64,000 nt of DNA from Octopus bimaculoides (Eukaryota). Numbering within the stretch: position 1 is the stretch's first letter; every line of letters begins with the position of its first letter. The DNA is taken from assembly GCF_001194135.2 (NCBI RefSeq), contig NC_068993.1, positions 1,460,302 through 1,524,301 on the forward strand, given 5' to 3'. The notes beneath the pieces were generated by a model that made no database searches, was not told where the DNA came from, and saw nothing but the letters and a program-made list of their open reading frames with translations. This document shows positions 1 through 13,500 of this stretch, piece by piece. The position numbers were made by a program, and so were the translations under genes.

Positions 1-49
1 TATATATATATATATGGATAGATAGATATAGATAGGCAGATAGATAACT

Positions 50-683
50 TTCTTTATTAGCCACACAGGGCTGAACACAGATGGGATAAATACAATGTAA
101 AGTTTTTCTTTTCGATGGGGGCGGAAAAAAAAGTAAAAAAAACAAAAGTAGGGACAACGATCAAAAGGAATCGAAAACGTTTGGGGTATGTACAAGAAAG
201 ATAAATATATACAAAAAGTTCCCAAGAAATGGAGAGATTTATCCGTGGAAAGAAAAACCTACGAAAAGACCACGTAACCTCGGGCAATAATGTTACATGT
301 TAATAGATTTAATTACACAAGGTAAGTAACTCTCTGCTTTAATTATTTTCCGTTTCATAAGATCATGCTCAAGGTGGCTTTGTCATTTATATGTGCCGTC
401 CTTGCTACATTCACCCATCTTTTTTGGAAACATTCATTAGACAACACTTGCCTCTCTACTCTCAACTTCCTTTTCAAGTGATACTTGAAAAAGTTGAGAG
501 ATTGACCAGAGAGGAAAGTGTTTGTCTCTAATCCTTTCAGACGCGTCCACCAGATGCATTCTTTCGCCATAGCCACAAGTACAATAAATACAGCTCTTCC
601 TTCCCGTTTAAAGGAAGGAGGTGTGACAATATTGACGATAGACTCGGTTGATAGACCAACTCGTCCCACACGTGACAGCAGTC
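50..683 (-). mobile_element. 3' end of an L1/Tx1-clade non-LTR retrotransposon (ORF2 C-terminus plus 3' UTR); continues into the N gap
   Basis: ORF 669-355 (AVFIVLVAMAKECIWWTRLKG...FKYHLKRKLRVERQ...FQKRW) resembles the Tx1-type ORF2 C-terminal pattern (AK..IW..R ... F..RW). AATAAA lies on the minus strand at 58-53, followed by a (TA/TAGA)n tail at 1-47. Clade call is from motif recall. Confidence 0.6.
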
Positions 684-1054
684 NNNNNNNNNNNNNNNNN
701 NNNNNNNNNNNNNNNNNNNNNNNNNNNNNNNNNNNNNNNNNNNNNNNNNNNNNNNNNNNNNNNNNNNNNNNNNNNNNNNNNNNNNNNNNNNNNNNNNNNN
801 NNNNNNNNNNNNNNNNNNNNNNNNNNNNNNNNNNNNNNNNNNNNNNNNNNNNNNNNNNNNNNNNNNNNNNNNNNNNNNNNNNNNNNNNNNNNNNNNNNNN
901 NNNNNNNNNNNNNNNNNNNNNNNNNNNNNNNNNNNNNNNNNNNNNNNNNNNNNNNNNNNNNNNNNNNNNNNNNNNNNNNNNNNNNNNNNNNNNNNNNNNN
1001 NNNNNNNNNNNNNNNNNNNNNNNNNNNNNNNNNNNNNNNNNNNNNNNNNNNNNN

Positions 1055-1905
1055 ATCCCCTATAGAATGCGCTGACTTAAGCTGCTCAAGCTGCTTTGCA
1101 ATAGATCCCCTTTGTTGTCATTTGGTTTGGGTTTAAAAGTTCAAAGTGAACTAAACCTTTCATATCCACCAAACAGATAACAACACCTTATGTGGGTGAA
1201 GACCTTCTTTAGCCTGGGTTGCTGGTGTTTCTCCTTTCCCACTGTCTTTGGCACTTGACCTTTTTATAGAGAACTCATTTCTTGGCACCAGTCACCATTC
1301 AGTCCAAAAATATGACAGCGAAGAAGAGCACATGTTCGCTCTCTGCATGCGATTAGACTCGGAAATTTTACAAGGAACTCACTGACCCAATTTGCTGACT
1401 TTTCCAATGGCACACAGATGTCAGTGAATGGTTGAATGACCAAATCCAAGCTTCTCTGCTAGTTCTCCAATAGTTACAATGGGAGTTTGGTCCACCAAGG
1501 TTTGCAGGATGTCCACGTCGAGCTCTACAGATCTTCCAAGATAAGGTTCATCTTCTAAACTGTAGTTTCTGGCTCAGAATTTCTGGAACCACTGGCTTAC
1601 CCTTATTGTCCAATCCCCCTATACTGCATTAATATTCCTCACACTTTCTGTTGCATAGTTACCTTTATTGAACTCATAAAGCAAAATATGGCAAATATGC
1701 TCCTTTGTCACTTTCATTATAGCTTTGAAAAAATAACTGTTAAAATGAAACTGCACTCTTCAAAAATTTCACTAAGAGTAAGTACAAGGTAAAATTACTA
1801 CCTGCTTTTATAGCAAGTTGATGCAGGTAGTTTATCCTGTCCCCCTCTGACTTTTAGTTCATGCAATTGAAAAAAAAACCCCACATAATTTATGGGATGA
1901 CCCAA
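1055..1905 (-). mobile_element. Decayed mariner (Tc1/mariner) DNA transposon, 5' part
   Basis: Minus-strand ATG at 1717: MKVTKEHICHILLYEFNKG...SQWFQKF*...YSLEDEP..GR, then GQ*VP (WVPHEL-like), MVTGAKK*VLYK (TGDEKW-like) and LHPHKVLLSVWW. A terminal repeat TTGGGTCATCCCATAAATTATGTGG starts at 1905 next to TA. There are stops and frameshifts; the other end is lost in the gap 684-1054. Confidence 0.85.
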
Positions 1906-1965
1906 TATATATATAATGATCACTTCCATCCTTGTAATTGGAACTGCTAACCATTTCTTATTTTT

Positions 1966-1966
1966 T

Positions 1967-2008
<42 letters not shown>

Positions 2009-2070
2009 ACACACATACATACACGCACATATACACAAACACACGCACATATATATACACACACACACAC
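1966..2070. repeat. (CA)n/(TACA)n microsatellite
   Basis: Direct reading; it explains the HT/CV-repeat ORFs at 1798-2219. Confidence 0.95.
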
Positions 2071-3387
2071 AGCTGTGTTGCAATCAAAGTCAGGCAAACA
2101 GAGAAGGTAAATTTAACCATTTCGTTACAATATTTTTGTTGGAGATGCTCTGTGTTTCTTTCAATTACTTTAAATATAACAAACAATTTATTAAAATAAC
2201 CTTGTTATCATTAAGCTAGTGTTAGGAACATAAATTGTGACTAAGGTTTGGTGGAAGATTTTAATTCAAAACTTTGTATTCAAAGCCAGAGCCGGTTTCA
2301 GCCAGATTGGTAACGAAGAGGTGAGGCAGGACAGTAGGCCCTAAAAGTGCTTAACAAATGGATTCTTCCAAACGCCCCCAGATAGCTTCAATGAAGTTGA
2401 TAGCTTTTTACAACTTCAGGGACCAAATTAACAGTGTGGGGTTTGTTCTAACTAAAAATAGGGACACATTGGAAAAACTGTAGGATGCTATTATCTCTGC
2501 TGGCAACTTGAAGTGCATTGCTGCAATGCAGTGAGACATGCACCTTGAGTGCAAAAAGAAATGAGACAAGTGAGCTCCCCTGAACACACCCTGTCAGTGT
2601 GAATGAATTACAAAGAGTAAATGAAGGGAAAGAGAAATTGGGTAAAAGAGACATCAGATGTAGCGTGTAAGAGAGGGGGGGGTGCTGGTGTGGGTATGTG
2701 ATGAGGATGGAGGATGCTGAGTGTATAACAAATGTTGAGCACTCAAAGAGAATGGTCGAGAGACTGAGGAAGATTTGGGATGATGTGGTGAGACATGATG
2801 TCAAGATGTGACATCTGATGAAGCAAATGACTAAAGACCAAGTTAATTAGGGATATAAAGACCTGATCCCTTGCTCTTGCTTAGTGCACACACCTCTCTC
2901 TTGTTTATTGTTTTGTGCATGCGTTCCCCTTATCTGTTGCCCATTTTGTACCCCAACGTCTCCCCACCGGTTATTTTCCTAATCACTGTGCTTATTCCGT
3001 ACCCTTTCATCTTCTCTACTCACCAATACATGACACCCATAACTGAGAGGGAAGTACTCAATACGTGCACCTTGAATTCTTCTCTTCCTCATACCTCCAC
3101 CCACTCCTTCCTCTTTCCTTCCAAATCAGGATACTTGAGTGGAGAGGGATGGCACTTCTGTACCCTTTATCCACCATTTCTGGTTCTCCAGTCACCCTCT
3201 TGGACATGTTGCCTCAAGGATATAACCCTGGCCCTTCCTCATCATCTTATCTCTCCTCTGCATCACTCTACCCACTCCTATATAACAAACGGCAGAACTG
3301 CATCTCCTTAGTCCCCACCTTCCATCCTCCTCACCACCCTTATCACTCTGACACTCTTCTCCACTTTCCCTTCCATTATATTTGGCA

Positions 3388-3532
3388 TTAGGAATGACAT
3401 CCAGTCATAGAAACCATGTCAAAGCTGACACTTTGAACTTGATGTGGCCCTATGGCTCACCAGACCCTCTCAAAGCATCCAACCCATACCAGCATGGAAA
3501 ATGGACATTAAATGATTGTGATGATGATGATG
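3388..3532 (+). mobile_element. SINE 3' part, family ending CCAGCATGGAAAA.GGAC.TTAAA(TGA)n
   Basis: The same 3' motif with a (GAT)n tail recurs at about 24190-24230, 36095-36175, 39200-39350 (minus), 60540-60594 and 62050-62183. Confidence 0.7.
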
Positions 3533-4261
3533 TTACCTACATTCCTTAACACTGTCTTTCAACAAAAGCCTGCGTAACTCCAAGAAGAACTGTCTCAGAC
3601 CCTAATAAACTGTCCAACCCAAGCTGGCATATTTAATGATAGAGCCTGTTAGTGATAATACATTGTGATTCACAATTTCATATCCCAGCATGCTACATAA
3701 TCTTTGGAAAAAGGAAACAAAACCTCTTGTGTGAATATCAACAACATAATACATGAATTGTTATCTGTTTCCTGCAAAGTTTTCTAGTTTCATATTTTGG
3801 GTCTGAAAACACGGTGAGGAGCATAACGTTATTATAATCAGTTAATTCCTTTGGATTGGTTAAATTTAATGAACATTTTATAGAAGTTAATAAGTTGGAA
3901 TCCTAAAAGAATCAACGAGTGTATTATTACATAGTGATTTAGCAGCAAGGAGTGATGATAATTAGCTTCAATTAATTTAGTCAGTTAGTTAATAACTTTT
4001 TTTTATATTAGTGGCACAGCTGTAACCCAGTTTAATGTTATTTCTATTGAATAGTTTTCTACATCTGTGGATAATGGAAAGACACTTACTGAAGGTTTTA
4101 GTAATGTTAGATTAAATATTCAAGGAGGAGAGAAGTGAGAACCAGGTAATATTATCTCATCTCTTACTGTTGGATGATGAGGGTTATACAGAATAATAGT
4201 CTTCAATCTGCTATTCTATAATGCATTATTGTAGTATGGAATCTTATTGTCAATGATTTCT

Positions 4262-4770
4262 TTATTCAATGACAAAAGAGAGATTCTTCTTAATCAGATT
4301 TTTGAAAACTATGGATGATTGGCAGGTTTCTGTGTTAACATGTAAACTTTTTATTAGGTTTGTATTTGTTTGTGGTTGAGAGTAACATCTAAAAATATTT
4401 AGGATACTTAGGCGAGCGATGATAGTTATTTTTAAGCCAATGTTAATGAAGTCTTTTGCAAATGTATCTAAAGTGTGTCCATCACCATGCTGGGATATAG
4501 CTAAACCATCATCTCTATATGAACTGCCATCTACTATGGTGAATTTCTTTTTTAAGTTGTCTTGGATATACAGATCAAAATTGCATATCTCTGCACTATC
4601 AAATGACCCCATACTGACAGCTAATGAACCCAACTGAATGTAATGAGCTATGCTCTTTATGCTATCTACAAACACATAATGCAATACCAGAAACTTTACA
4701 TGGAACAAATAATATTTGTCAATGATATTCATGTATGATGTTTTTACCATCTGATGAATACCTAACATGC
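4262..4770 (-). mobile_element. Penelope-like retroelement reverse transcriptase fragment
   Basis: ORF contains VSMGSFDSAEIC...YRDDGLAI...GLKITI, matching the PLE RT pattern (MGSYDGAE.C ... YRDDGL ... GL.ITI). Degenerate. Confidence 0.8.
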
Positions 4771-5088
4771 TGAGATATGAAACATCAAATCACAATGTAT
4801 TATCATTAGCAGACTATATCATTAAAAGTGTGTGTGTGTTCGTTTGTATGTTGCCAACTTCAGATGAATGATTTATGGATATTGTCAGTATTTCATGGGT
4901 TAATGAGAAATGTTTATAAATGAATCAGCATAAAAGTCAAAATGAGATTTACATCTGAGAATCTCCAAAATAATATTATTATTATTAGTAGTAATACCAA
5001 ACTCTTAATCTGCCTATTTGCCATCATAAAATATTAGTCTCTTGTTAGTTTTCTAAATAAAACATTTAACAAAAACTGATTTACTTAC

Positions 5089-6314
5089 CGAATTTTCAGA
5101 ACGAGCTTTTTCAACAACTTTCAGGAATTCATCAACTTGTTGAAGAGTTGGAGGTGAGAAGTCTTTTATCTTAATTTGAGACCAAACTAATTTATCTGGA
5201 AAAGAATAATAAACACTAAAAATATCTGTGAACCAGTGCTTTTAAAAATTGATATGTTTGTTTTCCTCAGTAAAGTCTTTCAAATTATTCATGTTATTCT
5301 ATATTCCTTCATTCTATATTCCTTCATTGATTTCTAATGTTCTTTTGTGACTTTACAGAGGAAAGATCACGTTATTGGATTTGAATACTGCATTTCAATA
5401 TTTTAAAAATCAATCGATATGGGAATAATCTGAATTTCTAGGCAACCAATATTTTCCTTATTATTTCTGTCTACATGAATAAGACAGAGCGGTTGTGTGG
5501 TTAAAGGGATAGACTATTGACCGAATGGTCTTAAGTTGAGATTTGACTACAGCTGAGCAAGGGACATAAATCTGCTTGCTCCAGTTTGACTGCCCTGAAC
5601 AACTCGTACTAAATTCCTTGTTTCAAAGACGGTGAGAAGATGATGACAGAAAGGAGGAGGACAATCAACTGGCTGCATAAACAACTGAACCAACAAATAA
5701 ACCATTCCAGTTATGTTAAGAGTGGAATAATAGTTAAAAACAGGAGGAAAGATTGGATGTGAGGCAGAAAGAGGAGCAAAAACCCCTAAAATATGATATA
5801 CACCCATTATCCTTTTTTTCCATCTTCAATTACATTGTTTACATCAGTTGTATTCGGATACAAAACGATGTAACGAATCAGTGATGTGATTCCTATAGAA
5901 AATACCTGTAGAGATAACCTTGAAAAGGAAACAAACGAAGAAAGAGCGTAATGACGTTCCTATCTGAAGAGAAAACTTTTAAAAGACTCATTAGTAACCT
6001 ACCTTCGAATCCCTGTAAGGAAGGGGTAAGTTCCGCAGTTAAACTAATGAGGTATTTTATGCCATGTTTTACTAAATACATCATGTTGGCAGCTTCGTTA
6101 GGAAATCCAAGTGCTGCTAAAAACCCATCAACGACCCAGGAGAAGTTTTTTGGGATTTTTGGTGTAATCTGTCAAGAAATTTAAGAGAAATTTTTGAACA
6201 TGAAGCATAACAAATAAAATAATTTAAAATGAAAATTCAATTCTACAAAATGATAAGATGTTCATGATGTATATTTACATGATATAAGTATGTATATGTA
6301 TCTGTAACTGTTTG

Positions 6315-6354
<40 letters not shown>

Positions 6355-8915
6355 CATGCATTCCTGCATATCACAGCACACATGAATTTGTAGAATTTGA
6401 CTTCTGTACGTATGCATACGTTTANNNNNNNNNNATTTGTAGAATTTGACTTCTGTACGTATGCATACGTTTATATGTCTAAATGTGTGTATATGTACAT
6501 ATAGGTAGGGGGGGGGCTCCAAAAGGGGTCTCAGGGAGTAGCATCCCTACCTGGCTTTGGTCTTGGGACCACTCCTGCCTAGAAACTGAGGTTGGGGGTA
6601 AGCAAAGGCATGCTCCCCGTAGAAAATCCAGCTCCAAAAAAGCCTCATGATGGCGAAGGAGAATGGGCACCAGCCAGCCAGTCAGCCAGCCAGCCAGTCA
6701 GCCAGCCAGCCAGCCAGCCCAAAGGTTGGGGTGGGCTGCACCTGCCTACCTTGGTTGCTATGGCATTGAGGTAGATCCAGCCATTCCCGTTAACAGGGAC
6801 AAAACCTGGATTGAAAACACTGGATGATGATGATGATGATGATGATATGTATATTAGATTGAATGAGATAACAAATCCAAGACTGTGAGGAGTTTTCAGG
6901 ACATTTATAATGAAATTGTCTTACAACTGTTTCTGGAATATCAAGGATATCCCTTCATCAGAGACGGTGTGAGAAGATATTTGAGTTTGAACTATTGTGG
7001 AAAAGATAGGGAATATAGAGGGGAAATAAGAGAATGAAAGTAGAAATAAGATATATAAAGATATTGTAGTTGCAGTTCCATTATTCGAGGAAAATGGTGT
7101 ATAGAAGTGGTAAAAATGTTTCTTGTACATGATAAGTTCCAATAGCAGTTCATGTCTAGTGAGCCATGGAATCAGTGTTGCTCATTTGAAAGGGTTTTGT
7201 GGTGTGAATGAAAATTTGAGAATATACTGGTAGTATTTATGGATAGATGGCAGGAGAGATGTGTATGATTAGAAAGAGGAGAAAGGTCACATCTAAAAGA
7301 GGAAGAGAAAATGAGAGGAAGGAGAGAGAAAAAGGGAGAGAGACAAAATCAAAGAGTGAAAGAAAAAAAAAGGGAGAGAGACAAAATCAAAGAATGAAAA
7401 AAAATGAAGAAATGAAGAAAGTGAGAGAGGAAGTGTTAGTGGTCAAGATAAGTGATGGGAGGGTGGGAGAAGTGTGGGGGTAGGGAGGGAAAGGAAGAGA
7501 TTAGAAATCCAATCCTCAGCTTGGTAAACATTATCATCCAGGAACTAGGTTTAGGTTCAACAGATTTCTACAGATAAGATTTGAACCCAATTTTAATAAT
7601 GCCTTTGTTCCACTTCACAAGACATGATGATGATGATGATGATGATCATGATGATGATGGTAGTGGTGGTGGTGGTGGTGGTGATAATAATAAAGACAGA
7701 AGTGGTGATGACAGTAGTGGTAGTGGTGGCATTGATAATGTTAGTAGTGGTAGGGGTGGTGGTGGTGATGATGATGTTTGTAATGGTAGCAATGATAGGC
7801 ATGATGATGATGATGGTGGTGACTGGACCCCCACCCTCCAACCTTTGCAACAACGAGTACTCAGTTATTCCATCAACGGAACTCGTTGCTACATTAAGAT
7901 GTATGTGGCTGAGTAACCCATAAACAAGTTTACTCTTATTATAATTCACAGAATGAATCAATATGATCCAATATGCAGCAAGGCTGAACCAATGAATTAC
8001 AGTTACGGCTCATCAAACAGGCTTCGACACAGTCTCCTAGTTCCCTTCTATCTAATTTCATTCATAAGGATTGTATTGACCCAAGGCTATTTTAAAAGAC
8101 ACTCAAAATGCCAAGCAGTGGGATTGAACCTGGTACCTTGTGGTTTTGAAAAACTCTTCTGAACCAGTCAGCCATGCCTAAATGCAAACAGAAATGATAG
8201 ATGGAATTCTGGGTGTGGTACACAAAGTCTGAACCAGTCATAGAATATACAGACCTAGTTACGGTCTGATGGTCAGCAACTGTTTCATTGCATGGCCAGC
8301 TAGCAGTTAGTTTATAAGACTCTGCAGCTTTTTATCGTTAACATAAATGAGATATTTATTAATAATTCACACAAAGTACATTTCTATATGTCCCCAAAGT
8401 AGGTCATTAATGTAATTCAAGTAATTTCCTATTTCCAGTGAAGTTTCCTTCATTTCATTCACACATTTCTTCTTCTCCACATAATTAAACTTGTACAATA
8501 CTAATGCAAGAAGCCTTTACTTGGCACCCAAGCTGACAGAAACAGTAGCCAAATCTCCCTCAAATCCTCAAACTACACTTTAAAAGATGAAGGACACTAG
8601 AAGGACACAAGGATAATGTTGTTCCCGATACACAATAAGGGGGGAAGCTCATGGCTGGAATACATTTGTGCGTAGGACAAACAACATAGTTTGTAGAAAT
8701 AATAGAAAATAGTTAATAAATGGTCAAAAATCAAATGAATATGAACATCGTTTAATAAAGTGTTTCTTTGAAACATAATTTAAGACTATTTAATTAGTTA
8801 TTAGAATAATGTCTGTGAATAATTAGGATTAAAAATTTTTTTTTGCTTTGTTTACAAAATTTCGATTTGGAAACACTTACTTGTGTTGGATTCGCCTTTG
8901 TGTGTTGGTTGCTGT

Positions 8916-8946
<31 letters not shown>

Positions 8947-8949
8947 CAT
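5089..8949 (-). CDS. DUSP23: Dual specificity protein phosphatase 23-like, 3'-partial; exons 8949-8881, 6168-6003, 5195-5089
   Basis: Spliced translation: MNNNNNNNNNNDSNQHTKANPTQ|ITPKIPKNFSWVVDGFLAALGFPNEAANMMYLVKHGIKYLISLTAELTPSLQGFE|DKLVWSQIKIKDFSPPTLQQVDEFLKVVEKARSENS|. NFSWV, G+++L+SLT and DF.PP...Q+D.F match DUSP23. GT-AG sites with phases 0/1/0 are consistent. Exon 1 is less certain than exons 2-3. The HCxxGxGRTG exon was not found in the readable sequence. Confidence 0.85.
7624..7820. repeat. Compound (GAT)n/(GGT)n trinucleotide microsatellite
   Basis: Direct reading; it generates the poly-D/G/M/V/T ORFs in the track. Confidence 0.9.
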
Positions 8950-11900
8950 ACTGGACGGGAAGATGTCTGGGTTACTGGTACTTTTACTTACTTTATTACT
9001 GCCACTACGTTCTGGTATCTTCAATAAACGAACAGCTTGTTCAGAAGTTCAATATAGAGGCAGGAAAACAACAACAAAACAAAAAATACACAACAAACAA
9101 AATCGTAGGTTATATAACAACTGTAGCACTTTAAGTAAACCTGTTTCGAAGATGTCGGTTGTTCGGTTGGTTGGCTGGCTTATTCTGTTAATTAATTCCT
9201 ATTTGTAATTCATAAAAATGGTTTTATGACTGCGTACCATTAATTTAAACGAATATAATAAATCAGAATAAGCGAATATATAATAATATAATGTTGAAGA
9301 AAATAATTCTAACTTAAAAGTGTCTTTAGAATCAAGTCTGTTGGGGAAGTTAGTAATTACTATTATGTAATAATTAAGAGCCGGAAATTAAGTATTTCTT
9401 GGCAGTAAACTTTATGAAACTGAAGCTATTTCTTTATGAAAGGAGTGGAAGTTTTCTTTAATATATCAGAAGAAATGCACAAATTGTGGAGTTAATTTTA
9501 TATGTTACCAACCAACCAATCATTTGCTGCTATTTATCATTACACACATCTTCATAAAAATCGTTAAATTGAAATAACTTTACATTAATATGATCTTGTT
9601 ACAAGGTTTAAAATTTCATACAAACATAAATTTCTCTTGTAATAAATGTGAACATATTAAAAGCAAGCTTAAAACTATGGCAGAGTTAAATATAGCAGGA
9701 GAAGGATAAGTTTTAAGGAAAACTTAAAGCTAACAGAAGACGTATGAAATAAAGAGTTGTCGAATTTGCACAGATTTCTTGTGGAAGAAAAATATTTGGA
9801 GAAGTTGTAGATTATGTACAGATTTGCCTTGTCGAAGAAATATATTGGAAGATTATATATAAATGTACCAAAAATATGAAACAGATAAATTATTCAATAA
9901 AAAAGTATGAAATCTATTTATCAAAATTAAGAAAATATTTAATAACTTTTAATTTATTTAGTACTAAATTTATTTCATGTTATATTAAAACATCTATTTA
10001 AATGTTTACACAGAGTAAAGATTATTCATTCTAATTACTACTGTTAGTTAAATCTAAAATAATTAATAGACAGTATGCTTTTTAATTAAGCAGAATATTT
10101 GACAAAATAGTATCTAGAAATATTGCTGCTAAAAAAGTATTTTGAATCATCAGAATTTCATTGTCTTTTATACAACTAATTATTATACACTAATTATTAT
10201 ATACTAATTATTATACTTTTATACAACTAATTATTATATTTACATATGTGGTCAGTATTTCATGATATTTGTAATATTATTATATCGACATATGTGGATG
10301 TGTATTTAAATAGCTAAATCATATTGAAATTGTATTCAAATAATGAACCAAATATTCATTTGTTCTTTTCTTTTTGTTCAAAGAAGAAAAGAAATGACAC
10401 ATGACCATTGCTGCTGCTTCCAGACAATGATGAAAATTAACAAATGGGAAAAAGAAACCTATATTCTCTTCCATTCCCATCATAACCCACGTAACATTCC
10501 TCATTCCTTGACGGTTTGGTATTTCTTTTATTTGTCAGGTGGCCCTCCTCCCTCTGATTGTCTACTTCTACTAATGTAACTTTTATTATTTATAACACTT
10601 CATTCTAAACATTACAACTGTGGGATATTTCAAGAATTCTGAAATATAAAACAATGGTTATGTTTAGTCTTAATATTTGGCATCAATAACTGAACTTTTT
10701 CCGTGAAACTTAGCAATCTTACAAGGAAAGAATTTTTGTTTTAGTTAGAGTTTAAAGTAGTCAAAAATAAATAAATAAAATAGCCCACCTGACAGCATTT
10801 TAATCATGTTTCAGGAGGTAATTAGGTAATAAAATCATTCTACTACAGTAACCAGAAATCTTCCTCCTGGAACATTACAGAGCCAATGAGCAACATTCTA
10901 TAGGGTCACTCAACCTGCTAAAAATAGCAGCCATATCTCCCTCAAATAACAACTACTGTTTTATAAATGGCAATTAGAAATAGGTGAGTAATTTATCAAA
11001 GTATACAATGTTTCCAGAAATATTACAATCAAATATAAACTGGATTGGAAGTTTTAACATTAAAAAAGCACTCAACCACATTTAGGTAGGAATAAAACCA
11101 GGTTTGTTAGTAAAAACAAACAAAACAAAGATAAATATGTAAAAATAAAAGAAAATCTAAAATATTTCATCTTTACAACAACAAACAACAATGATCACTG
11201 TTAATTGTGTGCAAGAGATGCTTAACTCTTTGAATACCAATCTGCCCAAAGCCACCCCCTTTTTTTTATTTTAACTTCTAATGTTAAACTGTTCAGACAT
11301 AAGATTAAAATCTTCCATCATAACTCAATGTAATAACATTTTGTTATGTTCCAAAAACCAGATTAATATTGGGAAACTTCTTCTTGAAGGTGAAAGGTTC
11401 AAAGGAACACGGTTAGGCCACTCAGACCAAAGAACTCAAAGAAATCTGAGTGCCAGTATTTTCATCCATAACCACGATTCTGACAAAGTATATTTTGTCC
11501 GACTCACAGCTATGGATTAAACAAATAGAAAAGTTATTAATTCTACTAAATCCCTCCAAATCGTTATTTTCAAAATTAATTAAAACATGGCCAGAGAGTT
11601 CCACAAGAAATATGGCCACAAAAGAATTAAAGCAGACAGAATATACAATTCCCAGTTTGTCCCACAACATTGTTAAATTGATAAAACTGTTGAAATATTT
11701 TTGGATTAGACACATCTCAAAGATGTGTGACAACAGAGTGAATTCCAGGAGACAATAAAAGAGACAGAGAGAATGGTGAACTGGAAGTGGACAAAAATTG
11801 GGTGCCAGGAACTGAAAGCTGAGAGTTCTTCAAGAAAGAAAGGAAGGTTTTTACTAATTAGGGGTGGGGGAAATAATATCGATTTGATTCCTTGATGATA

Positions 11901-12753
11901 TCTCAGTAGCCATTCAGTTTGACAGAAATAGCAATCAAATGACCCTCAAATCACACCCTACTGTCTTCACAATGGAAGGACATGTTAGATAATTATGGTC
12001 ATACATATGTAGCTGAAATGGTCACGGATGCAACACCTTTGATCATAATTCTACTCAATCGGGGCTCTCCTGGGGCTAAAGAACATTACAGTTTTTATAC
12101 TGTGAGATATAACTGATCTTTATTGAACTTCATGCAATTGATTGATGTGTGTGTGTGTGTGGAAGAGAGAGAGAGATAAGATACAATTTGAGAAGGAATG
12201 GTTTTACACATAAATGGAGATGAATCATAGCCCAAACATCACAGTTTTAAAGATGCTATTAATGATGGTTGCGAGCTTCATGCTAATAATCAATGATTTT
12301 AAGGTATTGAACTTTCCAAAAGCAGGGTTTTGTTACAAATGATTCTATGAAAGGTTAATGGTATAATATTAATTGGAATTCATGTTTGTGAAATTAAAAT
12401 CTGTATAATTAATTGTAATTTGTTAGTAAATGTTAGTATTGTAATTTTGTTTTGAATTTCTTTTTTTTTGTAATGTGGCAGCACTTTCTGGTGATTGCAA
12501 TGTAGTGAGTAGAGAATCGGATATAATTTGTAGTTGCAGAATCATATTCTATGGAATATTTTTAATAGAAGAACCATGTTTATGTACAGACTAAACACAA
12601 CTAACATTGTTACTCGTTTACAACCAAAGCAACAGCGGCACTTCCTCTTCTTCACTCTCAGACACACATCAAGTGTTTGAAACATTAGATTCTTTATCAC
12701 TCATGGCAACTAGACTTACCAAACTTCTATGAACTCTACTGGACTAATTCTTA

Positions 12754-13436
12754 CTAACACAGACTATCACTAGATTCTTGGTTTTCTAGAATTGGTCTTA
12801 ATATTGGATAACTCTTATGAAATAGTGAGAGACAACAGCAAATGTTTACAATCCTGTTGAATCACAAACAGCTAAGCTTCTTTATTTAACAGTTCCATAT
12901 TATACAATACATCCATTTGTCTACATGAAGAATCTGTCAGAAATAGCAGGCAAATCTCCCTCAAATCACACTCTACCAGATTGAAAAAGAAAAAAGACTT
13001 ATGCATACAGTGGTAAAATATATCCTGGATGCATTTATACATCTTCAACAAAGACAGAATAGTCAAGGCTGGGATGTCTGCAATCTGAAGTTTGCTTAAT
13101 CATGAGCTGGAGCTAAACAACTACAAAGCCCCAATATATCACTGGTACCACCCCTACACACCACAAGCTTCAATGAACACTAAACAACACTTTCTTGTCT
13201 ATCCTGACTCACATCAAATATATCCTGTGGATGCAAAACTGTTCCAAAAGTCTTAGATAACACTGAGATAATTCTATAATCTGATAAAACACATGGGGGG
13301 GGGGGAGAAGCCAAACTAATTAATCCTTTAATTACATGTAATTGCTTCATTTTATAAATGATAATTTGAACATTTCACATTAATGAGAAATTTTGAGGGT
13401 TAAAATTAAATAACAATAATAATAATAATAAAAATA

Positions 13437-13500
<64 letters not shown>

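Noticed and set aside
6385-6472. 39-bp direct repeat around a 10-N gap; similar short duplications at 39027-39093 and 48756-48818
   Set aside because: The first is most likely an unmerged contig overlap; the others end in homopolymer runs and are consistent with slippage or assembly error. Not CRISPR-like: no spacers.
7581-7961. D/G-rich, poly-M/V and poly-T/I ORFs
   Set aside because: Fully explained by the GAT/GGT microsatellite.
9143-9152. AAGATGTCGG YY1-like motif near the DUSP23 5' end, and CGGAAGT ETS-like motif at about 40371
   Set aside because: Single short motifs with no TSS evidence.
11422-11758. Overlapping ~100-aa ORFs on both strands
   Set aside because: No recognisable motif or convincing splice pair. 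The tail CESDKIYFVRIVVMDENTGTQISLSSLV* remains a weak alternative last exon for the orphan gene.
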